A DNA stretch of 45,302 bases, from positions 1-45,302 of the IMG/VR virus record IMGVR_UViG_3300021400_000002. The stretch is one strand, 5' to 3'. This DNA comes from a virus. The notes under the pieces were generated by a model. That model worked only from the letters and a program-made list of their open reading frames with translations. It made no database searches and was not told where the DNA came from. How positions within the stretch are numbered: the first letter of the stretch is position 1; each line of letters opens with the position of its first letter. The translations under genes were made by a program, and so were the position numbers. Positions 23,954 through 33,264 of the stretch are shown piece after piece.

Positions 23954-24396
23954 TTCCGCAGTCTATCAGCGAATACGCTCATATAGTCTGTTGAGTTGTA
24001 GCCATCAGCACCGCTTTGAGAGCCTTTAGAATAGCTGTAGCCTGCAAAGCTTTCTGACTGATACGGTGACATCGCTACGCTGTCAACGCTGTTGTATTTG
24101 GCTTTCCAGTCCTCGACATCCTTGCAATCCGCTAAAAATGCCTTAGATGGTGTCATTGCCCAGATACTGCCGCTGAATGCTTCGGGGACAAGTTCCGCAA
24201 GGACATCTGCCTTGTTTTCATAAACTCCATCATTAAACTTACTGCCTTTTATCCGAAACCACTGATTATCCGCAAGGAAGTCAATGTCAGATATCTGTCC
24301 GTTTTCGATGGTGTATGTTCCCGAATATATATCATCGTCTGTGCAGAAGAAGTTCTTGCACTCCAAACATATTTCGTAAACGTTTAAGTAGTCCAT
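23929..24396 (-). CDS. Head-tail connector (gp6/gp15-like)
   Basis: 155 aa; first gene after the capsid block; SD GAGGGCGGTGA. Confidence 0.55.
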   Translation of the reverse strand: MDYLNVYEICLECKNFFCTDDDIYSGTYTIENGQISDIDFLADNQWFRIKGSKFNDGVYENKADVLAELVPEAFSGSIWAMTPSKAFLADCKDVEDWKAKYNSVDSVAMSPYQSESFAGYSYSKGSQSGADGYNSTDYMSVFADRLRKWRRLNSV

Positions 24397-24420
24397 TTGT
24401 CACCGCCCTCATAGAAAGAT

Positions 24421-24450
24421 AGCCGCCTGCGCTCTCACTCACAGACGGCT
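24421..24450 (-). terminator. Hairpin after the capsid block (attenuator or weak terminator)
   Basis: Minus strand reads AGCCGTCTG-12 nt-CAGGCGGCT (one G-U pair) followed by TATCTTTCT. Confidence 0.4.
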
Positions 24451-24455
24451 TATTA

Positions 24456-24620
24456 TTATTTATCAGCTTTACGCCTTCTTTTAGGCTTTTCGGCTTTTAC
24501 TTCTGTATCGATTGTAGGGGCTTTTTCAGCCGCCTTTTCCTCTGCCTTAGTGTTTACACTAGCGAGGTCGGAATCAGCCTGTATGGGCTTGTCTATGCGC
24601 TTAACGCCAGCAAATACCAT
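24456..24620 (-). CDS. Small Lys/Glu-rich protein (54 aa)
   Basis: ATG 24620 with SD GAGGAGG upstream. Product MVFAGVKRIDKPIQADSDLASVNTKAEEKAAEKAPTIDTEVKAEKPKRRRKADK. Below the track cutoff. Confidence 0.55.
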   Translation of the reverse strand: MVFAGVKRIDKPIQADSDLASVNTKAEEKAAEKAPTIDTEVKAEKPKRRRKADK

Positions 24621-24622
24621 GC

Positions 24623-24877
24623 TTACTCCTCCTCACAAGTCAGACCACTTAAGTCAAAGGTCTGATAGCTGGTAAACGAACCGTTAGAAGTTACGATCTT
24701 AAACTTTTGTGTATCCTTGTCGGTAATCTTGAATACGCCCATCTTGTCAGGATCGTTGATTATCTCAACAAGACCGCTGCCCTGTGAAGGTTCAAGACCT
24801 ACCTTAACGGATGTTGCATCCGGGTCAATATCGCTGAATGCCAGTGCAAGGAAGTTGCCTGCACCCCAGTCAGTCAC
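24623..24877 (-). CDS. Capsid-associated beta-rich domain. The frame is open upstream to 25033, so it is probably expressed as a -1 frameshift extension of the major capsid protein
   Basis: The track ORF starts at GTG 24877, but the same frame continues without a stop and without ATG/GTG/TTG back into the capsid gene (..DFWGTPASDLQTGVTVANNAITGTLKYLAEGQL-VTDWGAGNFLALAF..). Confidence 0.6.
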   Translation of the reverse strand: MTDWGAGNFLALAFSDIDPDATSVKVGLEPSQGSGLVEIINDPDKMGVFKITDKDTQKFKIVTSNGSFTSYQTFDLSGLTCEEE

Positions 24878-25008
24878 AAGCTGTCCCTCTGCAAGGTATT
24901 TCAGCGTACCAGTGATGGCATTGTTAGCTACTGTTACTCCTGTCTGGAGATCACTTGCAGGTGTCCCCCAAAAATCCGTGTCACCGTCTGGAGCATCTAC
25001 GGCAACAC

Positions 25009-25908
25009 TTAGGAAGGGTTTATTGTGCCCTTTACAACGCCAGCCGCATACTCAACAAGGATATCGATACCGCAAGCAACGAGGGTCTCAACCTGCATTC
25101 TCTCATTGGTTGCATAGCCAGAGTTGATGCCGATGAAGCCTGTCTCATCTGTGGTCAGACCAAATGCCTTAGAGAGATCACCGTTCATATTCAGATAGTA
25201 CATTACAAGGTTTTCCTTTGCAGTTGCAAGGAATGTACCCTGAGTTACCTGAGATGTGATTACCACAGTGCCGAGACCAAGAAAATCCTCGATGTAGTTC
25301 AGACCGAATGCGTTCTGAGTTGTAATAGCAGCTGCGCCGAGATATGTTGCGATATCCATAGGATTAACGAAATATACAGGTTCTGCCGCATCATTCTCAA
25401 ACTTAGTCTGAAGCTGTCCCCAAGCAGCAGCCAGTGCGCTCTGGAGGTCTACACCTGTAGCAGTTGAAGCACCTGTGATAGTGCCGTTCATGAATGTGAA
25501 CAGTTCACTTCTCACGTATGCCTGTGCATCTCTCAGCATCTTAGCATCGGTATCTCTTACTGCAGACTCATAGCCGCTCTTAACGATAGCTTCAGCGGAT
25601 GCAGCTTTTCTCCACTTCTTAAGGGAGATAGCACCAACTGCTGTCTTTGTCTGCTCATACTCAGACAGAGGGATGATCTCGCCTTCTGCTACATCGCCGT
25701 CTTCCAGTGTGCCATCGATGGTGTACATATACAGTGTAGTGCCTTCCTGCATGGGAATTCTTCTTGTTACACCGATTACCTCAAGGAACTTGTTGAGGTT
25801 TGTGTGGGTAAATCTTCTAACGAAGTCTACCTCTCTTACTTTCTTCATGTTGTCAGCAACGATCAGGTTCTCTTCTGCTGCGTTAGTTACGTTGATAGGA
25901 TCAGCCAT
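25009..25908 (-). CDS. Major capsid protein
   Basis: 299 aa, directly after the scaffold gene. MADPINVTNAAEENLIVADNMKKVREVDFVRRF...; appropriate size and position. Confidence 0.8.
   Translation of the reverse strand: MADPINVTNAAEENLIVADNMKKVREVDFVRRFTHTNLNKFLEVIGVTRRIPMQEGTTLYMYTIDGTLEDGDVAEGEIIPLSEYEQTKTAVGAISLKKWRKAASAEAIVKSGYESAVRDTDAKMLRDAQAYVRSELFTFMNGTITGASTATGVDLQSALAAAWGQLQTKFENDAAEPVYFVNPMDIATYLGAAAITTQNAFGLNYIEDFLGLGTVVITSQVTQGTFLATAKENLVMYYLNMNGDLSKAFGLTTDETGFIGINSGYATNERMQVETLVACGIDILVEYAAGVVKGTINPS
25027..25033 (-). other. Candidate -1 slippery heptamer A AAG GGC near the end of the capsid gene
   Basis: Zero frame gtA AAG GGC aca. The -1 frame opens 6 codons upstream (after a TGA) and runs to 24623. 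Confidence 0.45.
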
Positions 25909-25927
25909 AGTTTAATACTTCCTTTCT

Positions 25928-26593
25928 CTATTTCCCGATTCCGAGTGCCTTCATGTTCTTTGCCATTGCCAGCTGTCTCTGTTCGGGGTCTTTTATTTTG
26001 TCGATTTCGTCCCAAGTCATGCCGGCATTTCCACCGCCATTTGCAGGAGGTGTAGCAGGATTTGTGCCTGTTGTCTTCTGTTTTGGCGTGTACTGAGGAT
26101 ATGCAGTTGTTATCTCGCTGAGTATATCTGCAAGGTTAGTCGCCTTGCCATCCTCACCGAATTCAACCTTGCTCGCATAGTCCTTCTTACTGTCGAAAAT
26201 TACCGTCATGGCTTCGTCTGAATACTTGCCGTTTTTCAACTCTGCTCTCAAAGCGTTTTCCTTCTTAGATGCAGTTTCCTTTGCCTCATAGTCAGATTTC
26301 AGCTTTTCGATGTCCGCCGCTGTGATCTCAGACTTCGACTTGTATTCGTCCCTGTCCTTCTCAGCCGCTGTGAGTTTGTCTTCAACATCCTTAAGACTTT
26401 TCTTTGTCTCTTTGAGTTCGTCCTTTACCTTGTCAAACTCAGATGCCTTGTTATTTGCGGTCTCAAGTTCGGTTTCAAGGTCTGATATTTTGGATTTCAG
26501 TGCTGTCGTTGTCGCAGTGTGTTCTGCGATAAGCTCGTCAATCTGATCAGGCTCATAGCCCTTGCTTTTTAACCACGATCTCGTCATTGCCAT
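25928..26593 (-). CDS. Scaffolding protein (GP20-like)
   Basis: ATG 26593 after SD AAGGAG. Highly charged coiled coil (KSKISDLETELETANNKASEFDKVKDELKETKKSLKDVEDKL). Confidence 0.8.
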   Translation of the reverse strand: MAMTRSWLKSKGYEPDQIDELIAEHTATTTALKSKISDLETELETANNKASEFDKVKDELKETKKSLKDVEDKLTAAEKDRDEYKSKSEITAADIEKLKSDYEAKETASKKENALRAELKNGKYSDEAMTVIFDSKKDYASKVEFGEDGKATNLADILSEITTAYPQYTPKQKTTGTNPATPPANGGGNAGMTWDEIDKIKDPEQRQLAMAKNMKALGIGK

Positions 26594-26731
26594 AGATATT
26601 ACTCCTTTTCTTCGGTGGCAGTTCTTCGCCACTATGGTCTTTGTTGTCAAACTGCGACTCTTTGCAGCTTGTATCAACCATTTCCGCTTTGGAAATAGTT
26701 CATATAAACAGCAAAGATAAAGAGCGAACCA

Positions 26732-27217
26732 TCAAAGTTCGCCCTTTAAAACCGTTTCAATTAATCGCTTGTATTCGTCTTTGTGTTCACTCACTGCATC
26801 ACGGAGAAAGCGGTTAGCTTCCATTGTACCGCCATTCGGCAGATGCGCTCCCTCATGTACATAGATACCATATTCCACATTTGTCCCTACGTAAACGCTA
26901 TGTTCGCCTTCTGCCTTTGCTATCTTGCCTTGATATGATCCGCTTACTACAGGTACTGGATTGCCATGCTTATCGTGTCCGTCATTCTGATAGGTCTGCC
27001 CATGCGTTTTCAGCACTATCGGTATCTCTCCTGCAATGGCATAAGCTATGGAGTTACGCAGTAAGCCTGTATCAACTCTTCTAGGGTCTCTTTCAAGGTT
27101 GAGTATCGCATAGCCTGCCGCTTGCACACCTACAGCTTCAAGGGCTTTGTCGATGTTTTGATTAAGCGCATTGAGGATATCTCCGCTGTGGTCTTCAATG
27201 TGTATATCAATACTCAC
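26732..27217 (-). CDS. HK97 gp10-like family protein
   Basis: 161 aa with motifs VDTGLLRNSI and GTNVEYGIYVHEG. Unusual position between the MuF and scaffold genes. Confidence 0.55.
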   Translation of the reverse strand: MSIDIHIEDHSGDILNALNQNIDKALEAVGVQAAGYAILNLERDPRRVDTGLLRNSIAYAIAGEIPIVLKTHGQTYQNDGHDKHGNPVPVVSGSYQGKIAKAEGEHSVYVGTNVEYGIYVHEGAHLPNGGTMEANRFLRDAVSEHKDEYKRLIETVLKGEL

Positions 27218-28308
27218 TTTTTCAGCCTCCTTTGTGCTTCTCTCGCATTACGCTTGTACTTCTGGATATGAGCGCCGCGTATAGCATTACCGACTTTCTC
27301 TTGATGTAAGATATCCTGCGATTGCGGCTTTGCTTTACGCCATTCATCGTAGGTCATCTGTGTGCCATCATCGTTATATGCGCCCATTGCTCGATTAGCG
27401 TTGATATCACGCTCAAAGCCCTGTATCTGGGCTATCAGAGTGCATCTGCAGTTATATATATCAGCTGGGTCTCCTGCTGGGTCTCCCGGATACTTCAACT
27501 CTCCGTACTCGGTCACAAACACATCATCATTCTGTATTGTTACGCCGTCTAGCAATCTGTGAGCGTGTCTTGTCCTGCTGTCAAGCGTTGCCACCCACGT
27601 CTTTTTCATCTTAATACCCTTGCTTTCGGCTCGATTAAAAGCATCCATGCGCCCTGCATTTTGTGCTGTTGTAGCCATTGTTCTTGCATTTCTGATGCTT
27701 GCTTTGCGGTTTCGGTCTGCTACTTCCGTCCTCAGCCGCTTTGCAAGCTTTGGTATGCTCTCGCCTTGCAGTATCCCTTGAAGCATAACAGATTGTATCT
27801 GCTGATTATTCCATAGGATATCTTTCCCTGCTGCTATTCTTTCTGAAAGAGCCTTGCCGGGCATTGGCAAAAGCCGCGGATTCTCTCGCATGATGTTTTC
27901 AACCGCTTCACGGCTGTATAGCGTGTATGAGGTATTAATACCGCTCCCGACCTCACAGAGATATGTGCCATAATCGTGATTGATAGCGTACACTTCGGGC
28001 ATATAGCCGTCAATAATGCTTCTTGCTATCAGATTGGTATTATGCATATCTCTTGCAAGCTGATTCCTCAACTTTATCCATCGTTCACCGACTATCAGCT
28101 GACCTCTTCGCCATTCCTGATACTCTTTTGGTGTTATCAGACCTGCTTTCAGTTCATCGCGCTTCAGCTTGTCTTTCACAGAAAACCGCCTGAAATAGTC
28201 ATCGCACTTCTCGGATATCTCTTTGCTTGCCTGCCGATATACCTTGTTGATGCGTTTCTCCATCTGCTTGATGATCTTGTCGGTATCTTCATGTCCTATA
28301 TCAGCCAT
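27214..28308 (-). CDS. Minor head protein (Mu F / SPP1 gp7-like head morphogenesis)
   Basis: 364 aa. ...LDSRTRHAHRLLDGV...YPGDPAGDPADIYNCRCTL is the Mu F signature. Confidence 0.85.
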   Translation of the reverse strand: MADIGHEDTDKIIKQMEKRINKVYRQASKEISEKCDDYFRRFSVKDKLKRDELKAGLITPKEYQEWRRGQLIVGERWIKLRNQLARDMHNTNLIARSIIDGYMPEVYAINHDYGTYLCEVGSGINTSYTLYSREAVENIMRENPRLLPMPGKALSERIAAGKDILWNNQQIQSVMLQGILQGESIPKLAKRLRTEVADRNRKASIRNARTMATTAQNAGRMDAFNRAESKGIKMKKTWVATLDSRTRHAHRLLDGVTIQNDDVFVTEYGELKYPGDPAGDPADIYNCRCTLIAQIQGFERDINANRAMGAYNDDGTQMTYDEWRKAKPQSQDILHQEKVGNAIRGAHIQKYKRNAREAQRRLKK

Positions 28309-28355
28309 GCTATCAGTCCTCTGTTATCAGTCCTTCTCCGAGATGGATATCATCT

Positions 28356-29771
28356 TCATTCATCGTCTGTATCCTCCTGCATCTGTGCCATTGCCATAGC
28401 TTCAGCTATCTTTGCCTGCTGTATATTTTCAAACTCATCTATCTTGCCCTGTATCTCGCAGAGTGTCTTTGTGGTTGCTTCATCTCCTAAGAATGGAGCT
28501 GCCGCTATAGCGTTGTTTGTAGCCTCTGTCGGATTAATAGATACATCGCGCTGATAATGCCATGTTTGATTTTCAAAGCCTAATAGCTCAAACAAGTCTG
28601 TCAAGAACTGATCTACATAGCTTTCCATCTTGTCACACTTGCGATTCAGTGAGGAATACGCCGATTTGATTTCTGTTGCTGTCATGTTCGCCGTTGTGTG
28701 CGATACGTCAACGCCCTCCATATCCTCAAAGAGCTGTTTTCTCAGCCTGTCAAGCAGTTGTCCTCTTGCATCATGCTGTATCTGTATTTCATGTGGCGTT
28801 GCTGTTGCTTCTCCGCTTGTATGCAGTACGTGAGTTTTAATGAGGTCTGCAAGGAAATTGACATCATCTTGCTGTGACATACCGTCAGCATTGTTTATGA
28901 TCCAATACAATAAATTCCAATCAACCTGATTTGCAAAGCCTGACAGCGCCATGTTATAGGCTGTTATCGTTGCTTCATTGCCTATCAGTGAGGATTGATT
29001 GTTGATATAGCCCATACGCACAATAGGCAGAGAGCCGTAATTTTTGCCCTCAGCCGCATAAACGCCCTGCACATCATTTGACAGATTATCAACGATATAT
29101 GCGCGCTTTTCCTGTGATACATACAGCGATACTCTTTCACTGCCATCTTCACCGATTTCTTTGTATTCGGTGTACTCTGTGTAGCCGTCAACCTCATAGA
29201 GCGTTACCATGAGCGGTTTATCGGGTGCTAATCTCCAGTACTTAATGCCCGCCATTACAGCGCCTGAGCGCTCATCTTTCAGCGGTATAAAGTAAGGCTC
29301 ATTGCCATCTATCTGACAGGCTATACACATCGGCACAATGCCATCAGTTTCAACAAGGGCATAACTTTCACCGTCATTTGCCGCATATCGTACAAGCTTT
29401 TTGATATCGTGGTCAAGGTTGTTCGATAAACGCTCTTTTACTGCTTCATCGTCAAAGCTGATACCATTACCAAGCAGATATTCAACAGCTTGATCTATCA
29501 GTACAGCGTAAAAGTTACACATGATCTTATGATTTGGGCTTACCTCATCAACGTGCGGTCTGCCTTGGATGTCATACACTATGTTCTGATATGCCTCTAT
29601 GTTCGGATCATGATGTCTATAAAACAATCCTGCTTTGTGTCCCTCGCGAAATACAACGCTGTTTTCATGGTCACTTATGCAGGCATAAATAAAAGAGATA
29701 CGGTTTGTTTCATTCTCACCGCATCTCTGTAAATCCTGATATGTTTTTATTGGTCTCGCCTCCCTAGCCAT
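28356..29771 (-). CDS. Portal protein (SPP1 gp6-like)
   Basis: 471 aa, overlaps the terL stop, acidic C-terminus. Confidence 0.85.
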   Translation of the reverse strand: MAREARPIKTYQDLQRCGENETNRISFIYACISDHENSVVFREGHKAGLFYRHHDPNIEAYQNIVYDIQGRPHVDEVSPNHKIMCNFYAVLIDQAVEYLLGNGISFDDEAVKERLSNNLDHDIKKLVRYAANDGESYALVETDGIVPMCIACQIDGNEPYFIPLKDERSGAVMAGIKYWRLAPDKPLMVTLYEVDGYTEYTEYKEIGEDGSERVSLYVSQEKRAYIVDNLSNDVQGVYAAEGKNYGSLPIVRMGYINNQSSLIGNEATITAYNMALSGFANQVDWNLLYWIINNADGMSQQDDVNFLADLIKTHVLHTSGEATATPHEIQIQHDARGQLLDRLRKQLFEDMEGVDVSHTTANMTATEIKSAYSSLNRKCDKMESYVDQFLTDLFELLGFENQTWHYQRDVSINPTEATNNAIAAAPFLGDEATTKTLCEIQGKIDEFENIQQAKIAEAMAMAQMQEDTDDE

Positions 29772-30987
29772 ATCTGCCGAAGCCGCGTGTTGGCTTGTTA
29801 TCTAATCGCGGCTTTAATATCGAGAATGCAAAGTACCTCAAATCGTCCATAGCGTGATCGTTCTCTTTGATAACGCTGTCAACGCTTGATTTGTCATTCC
29901 AAGAGTACAAGCCGAATTCGCGTATGATGTTTACACAGCTTCTGTGTATCTTTATATTGCCATTCTTCAGCATCGTTGAAGTGCATCGGATACCGTCAAG
30001 CACATCATTGTTAGCTTTTAACACGGCGTATCCTCGCCGCCTCAGCGTTGTAATAAAGCTTGCCGCTGATGGGTCACATACTACCTTGCTAATGTTAAAG
30101 CCCTCTGCAAGCTGATCTATATCATCTGCGTATTCTTCATCGGTTTTAAGCACCTGTTCACTTCTGCCCGAATAGTAATACTCTTTGATTCTTACCGCCT
30201 TATTGCCTGTTACACTCCAAAGCCCGGCACTGAATGCATTCAATGTACCATAGTCTATTGATATAAAGTATTCAGCGCCTTTTGGCTGTTCATCGGTTAT
30301 ATTATCTTCATCGAATTGATATACAAGCCCCTCTGCAAGCACCCATTCACCAAGAATGTACCGCTGATAGAATATCCCTGTATACCATGATTTGTATTCA
30401 GCAATTTTATCTTCACTCAATGACGGATTATCTTCCAGCAGGAAATGCAAATGTAAAGCGTTATGCGCTTCTGGCTGCATTATCCATTCATTGTAAAACC
30501 AATGTGACGGGCTTTCGGGGTTGCAGTTGAACCATAGCCGTGAACCTGTCACAGAACATCGAGAAATAGCCTGTAATACAAAATTCTGAGGCATAAGGGC
30601 TACTTCATCAAGCAGAATTCCCGCCAATGTACGACCTTGTATAAGCTGATATGAGCTTTCATCTTTTCCGCCGAATATTTCAAACACGTTTCGCTTGTTT
30701 CCGCAAGTGATCGTCATTGTTTTATCTGAGGTATTCCAGCGGATATCATATCTTTTTTTATCATACCTAACTGAAAGATACGGTTCAATGATGTTCTTTC
30801 TCGCTGAGTTAACGGTCTTACCACAGATACCAAACCGCTGACCGTTGAAGTTTTCCATAGCCCAGCGAACAAATGACATTATCATGAACATCGTTTTGCC
30901 TGAACGGATAGCGCCGTCAGCTATAATGCAAGTATATGAGGTATAAGGAAATGCTAATATTGCTTTCTGCTTATCACTTATCGGCAT
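29764..30987 (-). CDS. terL: Terminase large subunit (PBSX/Terminase_3-like)
   Basis: Walker A ADGAIRSGKT. ATG 30987 after GGTGAGGA, inside the end of terS. C-terminal nuclease-like DHAMDDLRY. Confidence 0.9.
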   Translation of the reverse strand: MPISDKQKAILAFPYTSYTCIIADGAIRSGKTMFMIMSFVRWAMENFNGQRFGICGKTVNSARKNIIEPYLSVRYDKKRYDIRWNTSDKTMTITCGNKRNVFEIFGGKDESSYQLIQGRTLAGILLDEVALMPQNFVLQAISRCSVTGSRLWFNCNPESPSHWFYNEWIMQPEAHNALHLHFLLEDNPSLSEDKIAEYKSWYTGIFYQRYILGEWVLAEGLVYQFDEDNITDEQPKGAEYFISIDYGTLNAFSAGLWSVTGNKAVRIKEYYYSGRSEQVLKTDEEYADDIDQLAEGFNISKVVCDPSAASFITTLRRRGYAVLKANNDVLDGIRCTSTMLKNGNIKIHRSCVNIIREFGLYSWNDKSSVDSVIKENDHAMDDLRYFAFSILKPRLDNKPTRGFGRYG

Positions 30988-31492
30988 TATCCTCACCCTT
31001 TTCAAGTGTCCCTGCAAACTCTTTCAGTGATTGAGTGAGAGGGTCATCTTCAACCTCATTGCCTATATCATTAATTTCGGGCATATCACCAACAAGCGCC
31101 TTGTAAGATTGTGCAAGGTCGTTAAGTCGGTATTTCTTACCTGATACTATCTTAGCACCGTCCTCTGTTCGCTTTGTCTTTTCGTGATATGTTTCTGTTC
31201 CCATGTCTTCTGGTAAAGCATCGACTTCTTTTTCAATGCGCCTTAAAAGCTTCTGTTTTATGCGTAAAGCGATCGTTGCATTGTCTGCTGCAATGTTTGC
31301 TACTTTTTGTGTTGATTTTATCATGCTTTTATCATGTGCGGTTTCTCTTTGCTTAGCCCACTCTTCTCTTCTGGCACGGTCAAGCAAAGTCCCCATTGGA
31401 ACATTATGTTTCTGTGCAAGTGCCCTCTGGCTAATTCCACCGCCTATATATTCAGAACGAATAGCATTCCAATCAACCTTTTTATCAGCCAT
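30974..31492 (-). CDS. terS: Terminase small subunit
   Basis: 172 aa. N-terminal HTH IRSEYIGGGISQRALAQKHNVPMGTLLDRARREEW; directly upstream of terL. Confidence 0.85.
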   Translation of the reverse strand: MADKKVDWNAIRSEYIGGGISQRALAQKHNVPMGTLLDRARREEWAKQRETAHDKSMIKSTQKVANIAADNATIALRIKQKLLRRIEKEVDALPEDMGTETYHEKTKRTEDGAKIVSGKKYRLNDLAQSYKALVGDMPEINDIGNEVEDDPLTQSLKEFAGTLEKGEDNADK

Positions 31493-31565
31493 TGATCATC
31501 ACTTCACTTATTCGGCATTCAAGCAAGCCGAATGTTGTATAAGGCTTTCCGCCTGCTTTTGCCAT
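31485..31565 (-). CDS. 26-codon leader ORF coupled to terS
   Basis: SD GAGGTGAGAAT-ATG at 31565. Its TGA overlaps the terS ATG (AATGGCTGA). Product MAKAGGKPYTTFGLLECRISEVMING. Confidence 0.35.
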   Translation of the reverse strand: MAKAGGKPYTTFGLLECRISEVMING

Positions 31566-31584
31566 ATTCTCACCTCATTTGAGT

Positions 31585-31615
31585 ATAAAAATAGCACCCC
31601 GCCGAAGCAGAGTGC
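31585..31615 (-). terminator. Intrinsic terminator upstream of terS
   Basis: Minus strand reads GCACUCUGC-UUCG-GCGGGGUGC (9 bp, UUCG loop) followed by UAUUUUUAU. Confidence 0.7.
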
Positions 31616-31624
31616 ATTGTGCCT

Positions 31625-32242
31625 TTAATCCCATTTAAGTTTGTTTTTAAGCCATTTCTTGCCCATATCTGTTGTTAATGTTCTGCCTTTTGATACTGAT
31701 GGGTCAAGTTGACGTACAAGTTCGTCTCCTAACTTGCTTATTGTATTTCTATCTCGCAGGAGATTTCGCTTGTCGATGACAGATGATGCGTTTTGAGTTT
31801 CGCTCAGCATCGCAGTAAATGAGTTTCTAAGCACCTTTGCAGCTTCTCTTTTGCCGCTGTCTGTCTTTTGTGCATCTGCTTTTTCTCTCGCGTTGATTGC
31901 TTGTGTTTGCGGATTAAGGAATGTATACTTAATGTCTTTATTGCCATTAAGATAGTCAGAGAGATTATTCTCTTCACGTGTTCTGTTTGCATCAAGCTTC
32001 TGATTGTATGCATTAGATGCAGATAACTCCCATGCATCAATGTTTCTGTAAACGTCTTGTTCTATGTCTCTAGCATATTGTTTCTGCTTCTCTGAACCAT
32101 CATGGTTAAGAGTCGAGACCATTTCATCAACGTTTGTCTGATTTGTTTTAATATACAGGTCATCATAAGATGGTGTTGCTCCGTTTCCTCCGCCACCAGA
32201 ACCACCTGCTCTACTTGCACCCCAATTCGGCATATTACTCAC
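31625..32242 (-). CDS. Hypothetical protein (205 aa), Gly-rich N-terminus with a polar helical body
   Basis: MSNMPNWGASRAGGSGGGGNGATPSYDD...; start overlaps the radical SAM stop (coupled). Confidence 0.7.
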   Translation of the reverse strand: MSNMPNWGASRAGGSGGGGNGATPSYDDLYIKTNQTNVDEMVSTLNHDGSEKQKQYARDIEQDVYRNIDAWELSASNAYNQKLDANRTREENNLSDYLNGNKDIKYTFLNPQTQAINAREKADAQKTDSGKREAAKVLRNSFTAMLSETQNASSVIDKRNLLRDRNTISKLGDELVRQLDPSVSKGRTLTTDMGKKWLKNKLKWD

Positions 32243-33264
32243 TCCTTAAAGTTGTCTCTGCATTGTCTGTACCAATCAATGATGTATTGCCCTTTTTCGA
32301 TCATCAAGTCCGCAAAGGATTTGCCTTCCACTGTTTTGGCAAATATCTGGTTTTGCCCAATAGCCTTGAATGGTCTGTAAGTGTCTGTTCGCTTCATTGC
32401 TTCTGTCGGTTCAGGTGGTATATCGTTCAATGCGAGGTAATTTGTGTTGTACTTGTTACGCCTAAAGCCCTCTAAGCCGTTTGTAGCGCAGCATCCGCAT
32501 TCATCTGTCCAATGCCCCATGCCATCTTCGCAAAACACATTCTGCAAGCCGTATTTGTGGCATTCTTGTTTGATTTCGCGGTATTTTGGCACAAGCAGTT
32601 CAAGTGGAAAGAAGTAATTGCCGCCATACCGTGTCATGCCTTTGGTCTTCTTTTTGGTGATATAAGAGCCTACCATAACAGCATAAGCACCTGCCTCTGC
32701 GTATCTTGGTATCTCAGCCATTATCTGCTTGTGGCAATCCGGGAAGTAAGGCACAACGCATACTACGATCCTCGGCACTTTGTCCGAGAGAAACGTTATA
32801 GCCTTCAGGCGTTCTTCATAGCTTGGTGCGCCTTTTTCCAACTTGTCATACTTACTGCAAGCCATTGATACTTGCAGATTGACGTTGCATTGCTTTATCA
32901 ATGTCAAATACGGTTCTTCCGTCAGCATCACTGGATTTTTTGTCCGAATGATAAACGGATACTTGCTTTCTGCAAATACCTTTAAGCACTCCAGAGATAT
33001 CTTGTATTCACGCTCAGCCACTTGAAAAGGGTCTGTATTGCCGCCCATTTTAAGCGGTATATCCCAATCGCACCAGCGTGTATCACAGCCTCTTCTACCC
33101 TCTGTGAAGTGTTTAAGCTGTGTTACCGATGATAAAGGCTCAACAGTGTCTATCGTGTGCTTCTGCTTTACAAAGCAGTATAAGCAGTTATGCGAACAGC
33201 CTCGATATGTGTCAAGATTGATAGGATAATCGCAGGTTAGGCATTGTAATCCGCAGGAGATCAT
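32239..33264 (-). CDS. Radical SAM enzyme, SPL/SplB-like (COG1533-type)
   Basis: INLDTYRGCSHNCLYCFV (CxxxCxxC cluster in the PYRGC.H.C.YC context) and later GGNTDPFQ..E; 341 aa; extra C-terminal Cys cluster DECGCC. Confidence 0.8.
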   Translation of the reverse strand: MISCGLQCLTCDYPINLDTYRGCSHNCLYCFVKQKHTIDTVEPLSSVTQLKHFTEGRRGCDTRWCDWDIPLKMGGNTDPFQVAEREYKISLECLKVFAESKYPFIIRTKNPVMLTEEPYLTLIKQCNVNLQVSMACSKYDKLEKGAPSYEERLKAITFLSDKVPRIVVCVVPYFPDCHKQIMAEIPRYAEAGAYAVMVGSYITKKKTKGMTRYGGNYFFPLELLVPKYREIKQECHKYGLQNVFCEDGMGHWTDECGCCATNGLEGFRRNKYNTNYLALNDIPPEPTEAMKRTDTYRPFKAIGQNQIFAKTVEGKSFADLMIEKGQYIIDWYRQCRDNFKE

